Shown: positions 62,801 to 64,000 of the stretch, piece by piece | How positions within the stretch are numbered: position 1 is the first letter of the stretch | How the letters are laid out: each line of letters starts with the position of its first letter | Origin: Balanoglossus misakiensis | Lineage: Eukaryota; Animalia; Hemichordata | Length of the DNA: 64,000 bases | Reading direction: 5' to 3' | Assembly (NCBI GenBank): GCA_040954595.2 | Contig: CM082591.2 | Span: forward strand, 11,177,309-11,241,308 | The notes under the pieces: model-generated | The model's input: the letters and a program-made list of their open reading frames with translations, nothing else | Databases searched by the model: none | Told to the model about the DNA's origin: nothing | Program-made: the position numbers and the translations under genes

Positions 62801-63884
62801 TTTTTTTTATAAAGGATGACAAAACTAAAGGAGTGTTTTTGGGGGAAAAATCATTGTAAATAGCCTAGTCCTAGCTGGATTGACTTTTTTTTAACATTGA
62901 AGCATATCTTGGTGGAATGAAAAAAGTCAATGCACTGGCTTGTTGGATGCTCAAATCTGCTTTGTAATGTTTAGATGAAACAAATAAAATGCAGTGTTTT
63001 TGCAAAGGCTGGGGAACATTGGTAATGGATTTGGGAATGCCGGTAACATTTCTACAACCCCCTAATATAACTACATTCATATATCCAGGGGAACCCCGGT
63101 AAAAAACTAAACTGAAACATATCAGCTTACTTCTTTCTTTTACCAAGTCTAATGATTGCCTTTTAACCATCCCGTTTTTTGTATTCTATCAATTGCAAAG
63201 TCTGGAAGCCAAACTCATGATTTTCAGTTATTTCAAATCAGAAATATATGCATTACATCACCAAGTGTTACCATGGTTACACATTGTATACACACCTCCA
63301 ATACTTGCTGGCACTTGGTGACATCAACGGAGAAACACAGATTTGTCTGTTTGGTGTCCATGATTGTCAACAGTTGCTTAGCAACATGATGAGAACAAAT
63401 CCCAGCACGTTCGTGATAGAGCAGTGTCTGAGGAGAAAGTGCAATATTGTTATGAAGTACCAGTATGTTAAGAATGTGCGAGCAGAACATAAACTGGAAA
63501 ACATTGAGAATAGCTAAAAAACTCACTTCTATTATTGTCATTTTCATGAAAGCTACATGTAACACATAGCTCAGTCAAATAAAAACTGTGCTCTATTTTG
63601 AGATAAACTTTGATAAATGTTTTTCCAATAGACAAACCACTGATGAAAAATGCTGACTCAGCAGTTTTCTTGTTAGAAAATTGGAATCTGTATCTATATC
63701 AGCAGAATTTAGTAATTTCACCTTTTTACTTTTCTTTTTCCTTTGTTCCTGCTGTTGATCAACTTCCTTTGTTTCCACTTTAAAGGTATTTTCCACCAAG
63801 AACTGCTTCACTCGTTTAACAGTATCCACATCAAGCTTGTTGTGTTTCTGTAAAACTTCCAGTATGTCGGACATACCACTCACA
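56827..63884 (-). CDS. UMPS: UMP synthase: end of the OPRT domain plus complete OMP decarboxylase domain; 5' exons lie beyond the window
   Basis: Exons 63884-63722, 63427-63296, 62779-62646, 60542-60328, 58867-58769, 57405-57293 and 56916-56827 splice in frame. Motifs [34 protein letters not shown] and IIVGRGI. Confidence 0.96.
57583..57714. mobile_element. Tc1/mariner-pogo-like MITE
   Basis: TA|cagtgaaacctgtc..gacaggtttcactg|TA. Confidence 0.8.
59384..59959. mobile_element. TTAA-flanked (Kolobok-like) non-autonomous element
   Basis: TTAA|aggtctcatgccatgc..gcatggcatgagacct|TTAA. Confidence 0.85.
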
Positions 63885-64000
63885 CTGCATGACATTGTAT
63901 TAAAAACACACAGTACAAACAGCAGTTAGTATAGAATCCACACTTGATCCTGACCTCTTAGAAGTCAATTATACATGTAACCTGGTTTTCTACTGATGGG

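Overview
AT-rich, intron-rich eukaryotic DNA, probably from a marine invertebrate deuterostome (inferred from gene style and a sea-urchin-like histone downstream element). Four host genes can be spliced by hand: a complete 8-exon carotenoid oxygenase (BCO/RPE65 family, +), two tandem tetraspanins (-) and the 3' part of UMPS (-). Most of the remaining sequence is mobile DNA: an Academ-type transposase, an Academ-like foldback element, a 5.3-kb IS3EU-like element with an alpha-kinase relic, many MITEs, LINE scraps, and a multi-level nest of tyrosine-recombinase retrotransposons and DNA transposons in a tetraspanin intron. The main find is two unrelated, intronless, non-histone genes in the transposon-rich first 11 kb: a stand-alone HIRAN gene and a Cys-rich cargo ORF. 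Each ends in a canonical replication-dependent histone 3' stem-loop followed by a purine-rich downstream element. This suggests that mobile elements use SLBP/U7 histone-type 3' processing for S-phase- or egg-coupled expression. All family assignments come from motif recognition by eye, with no database searches.
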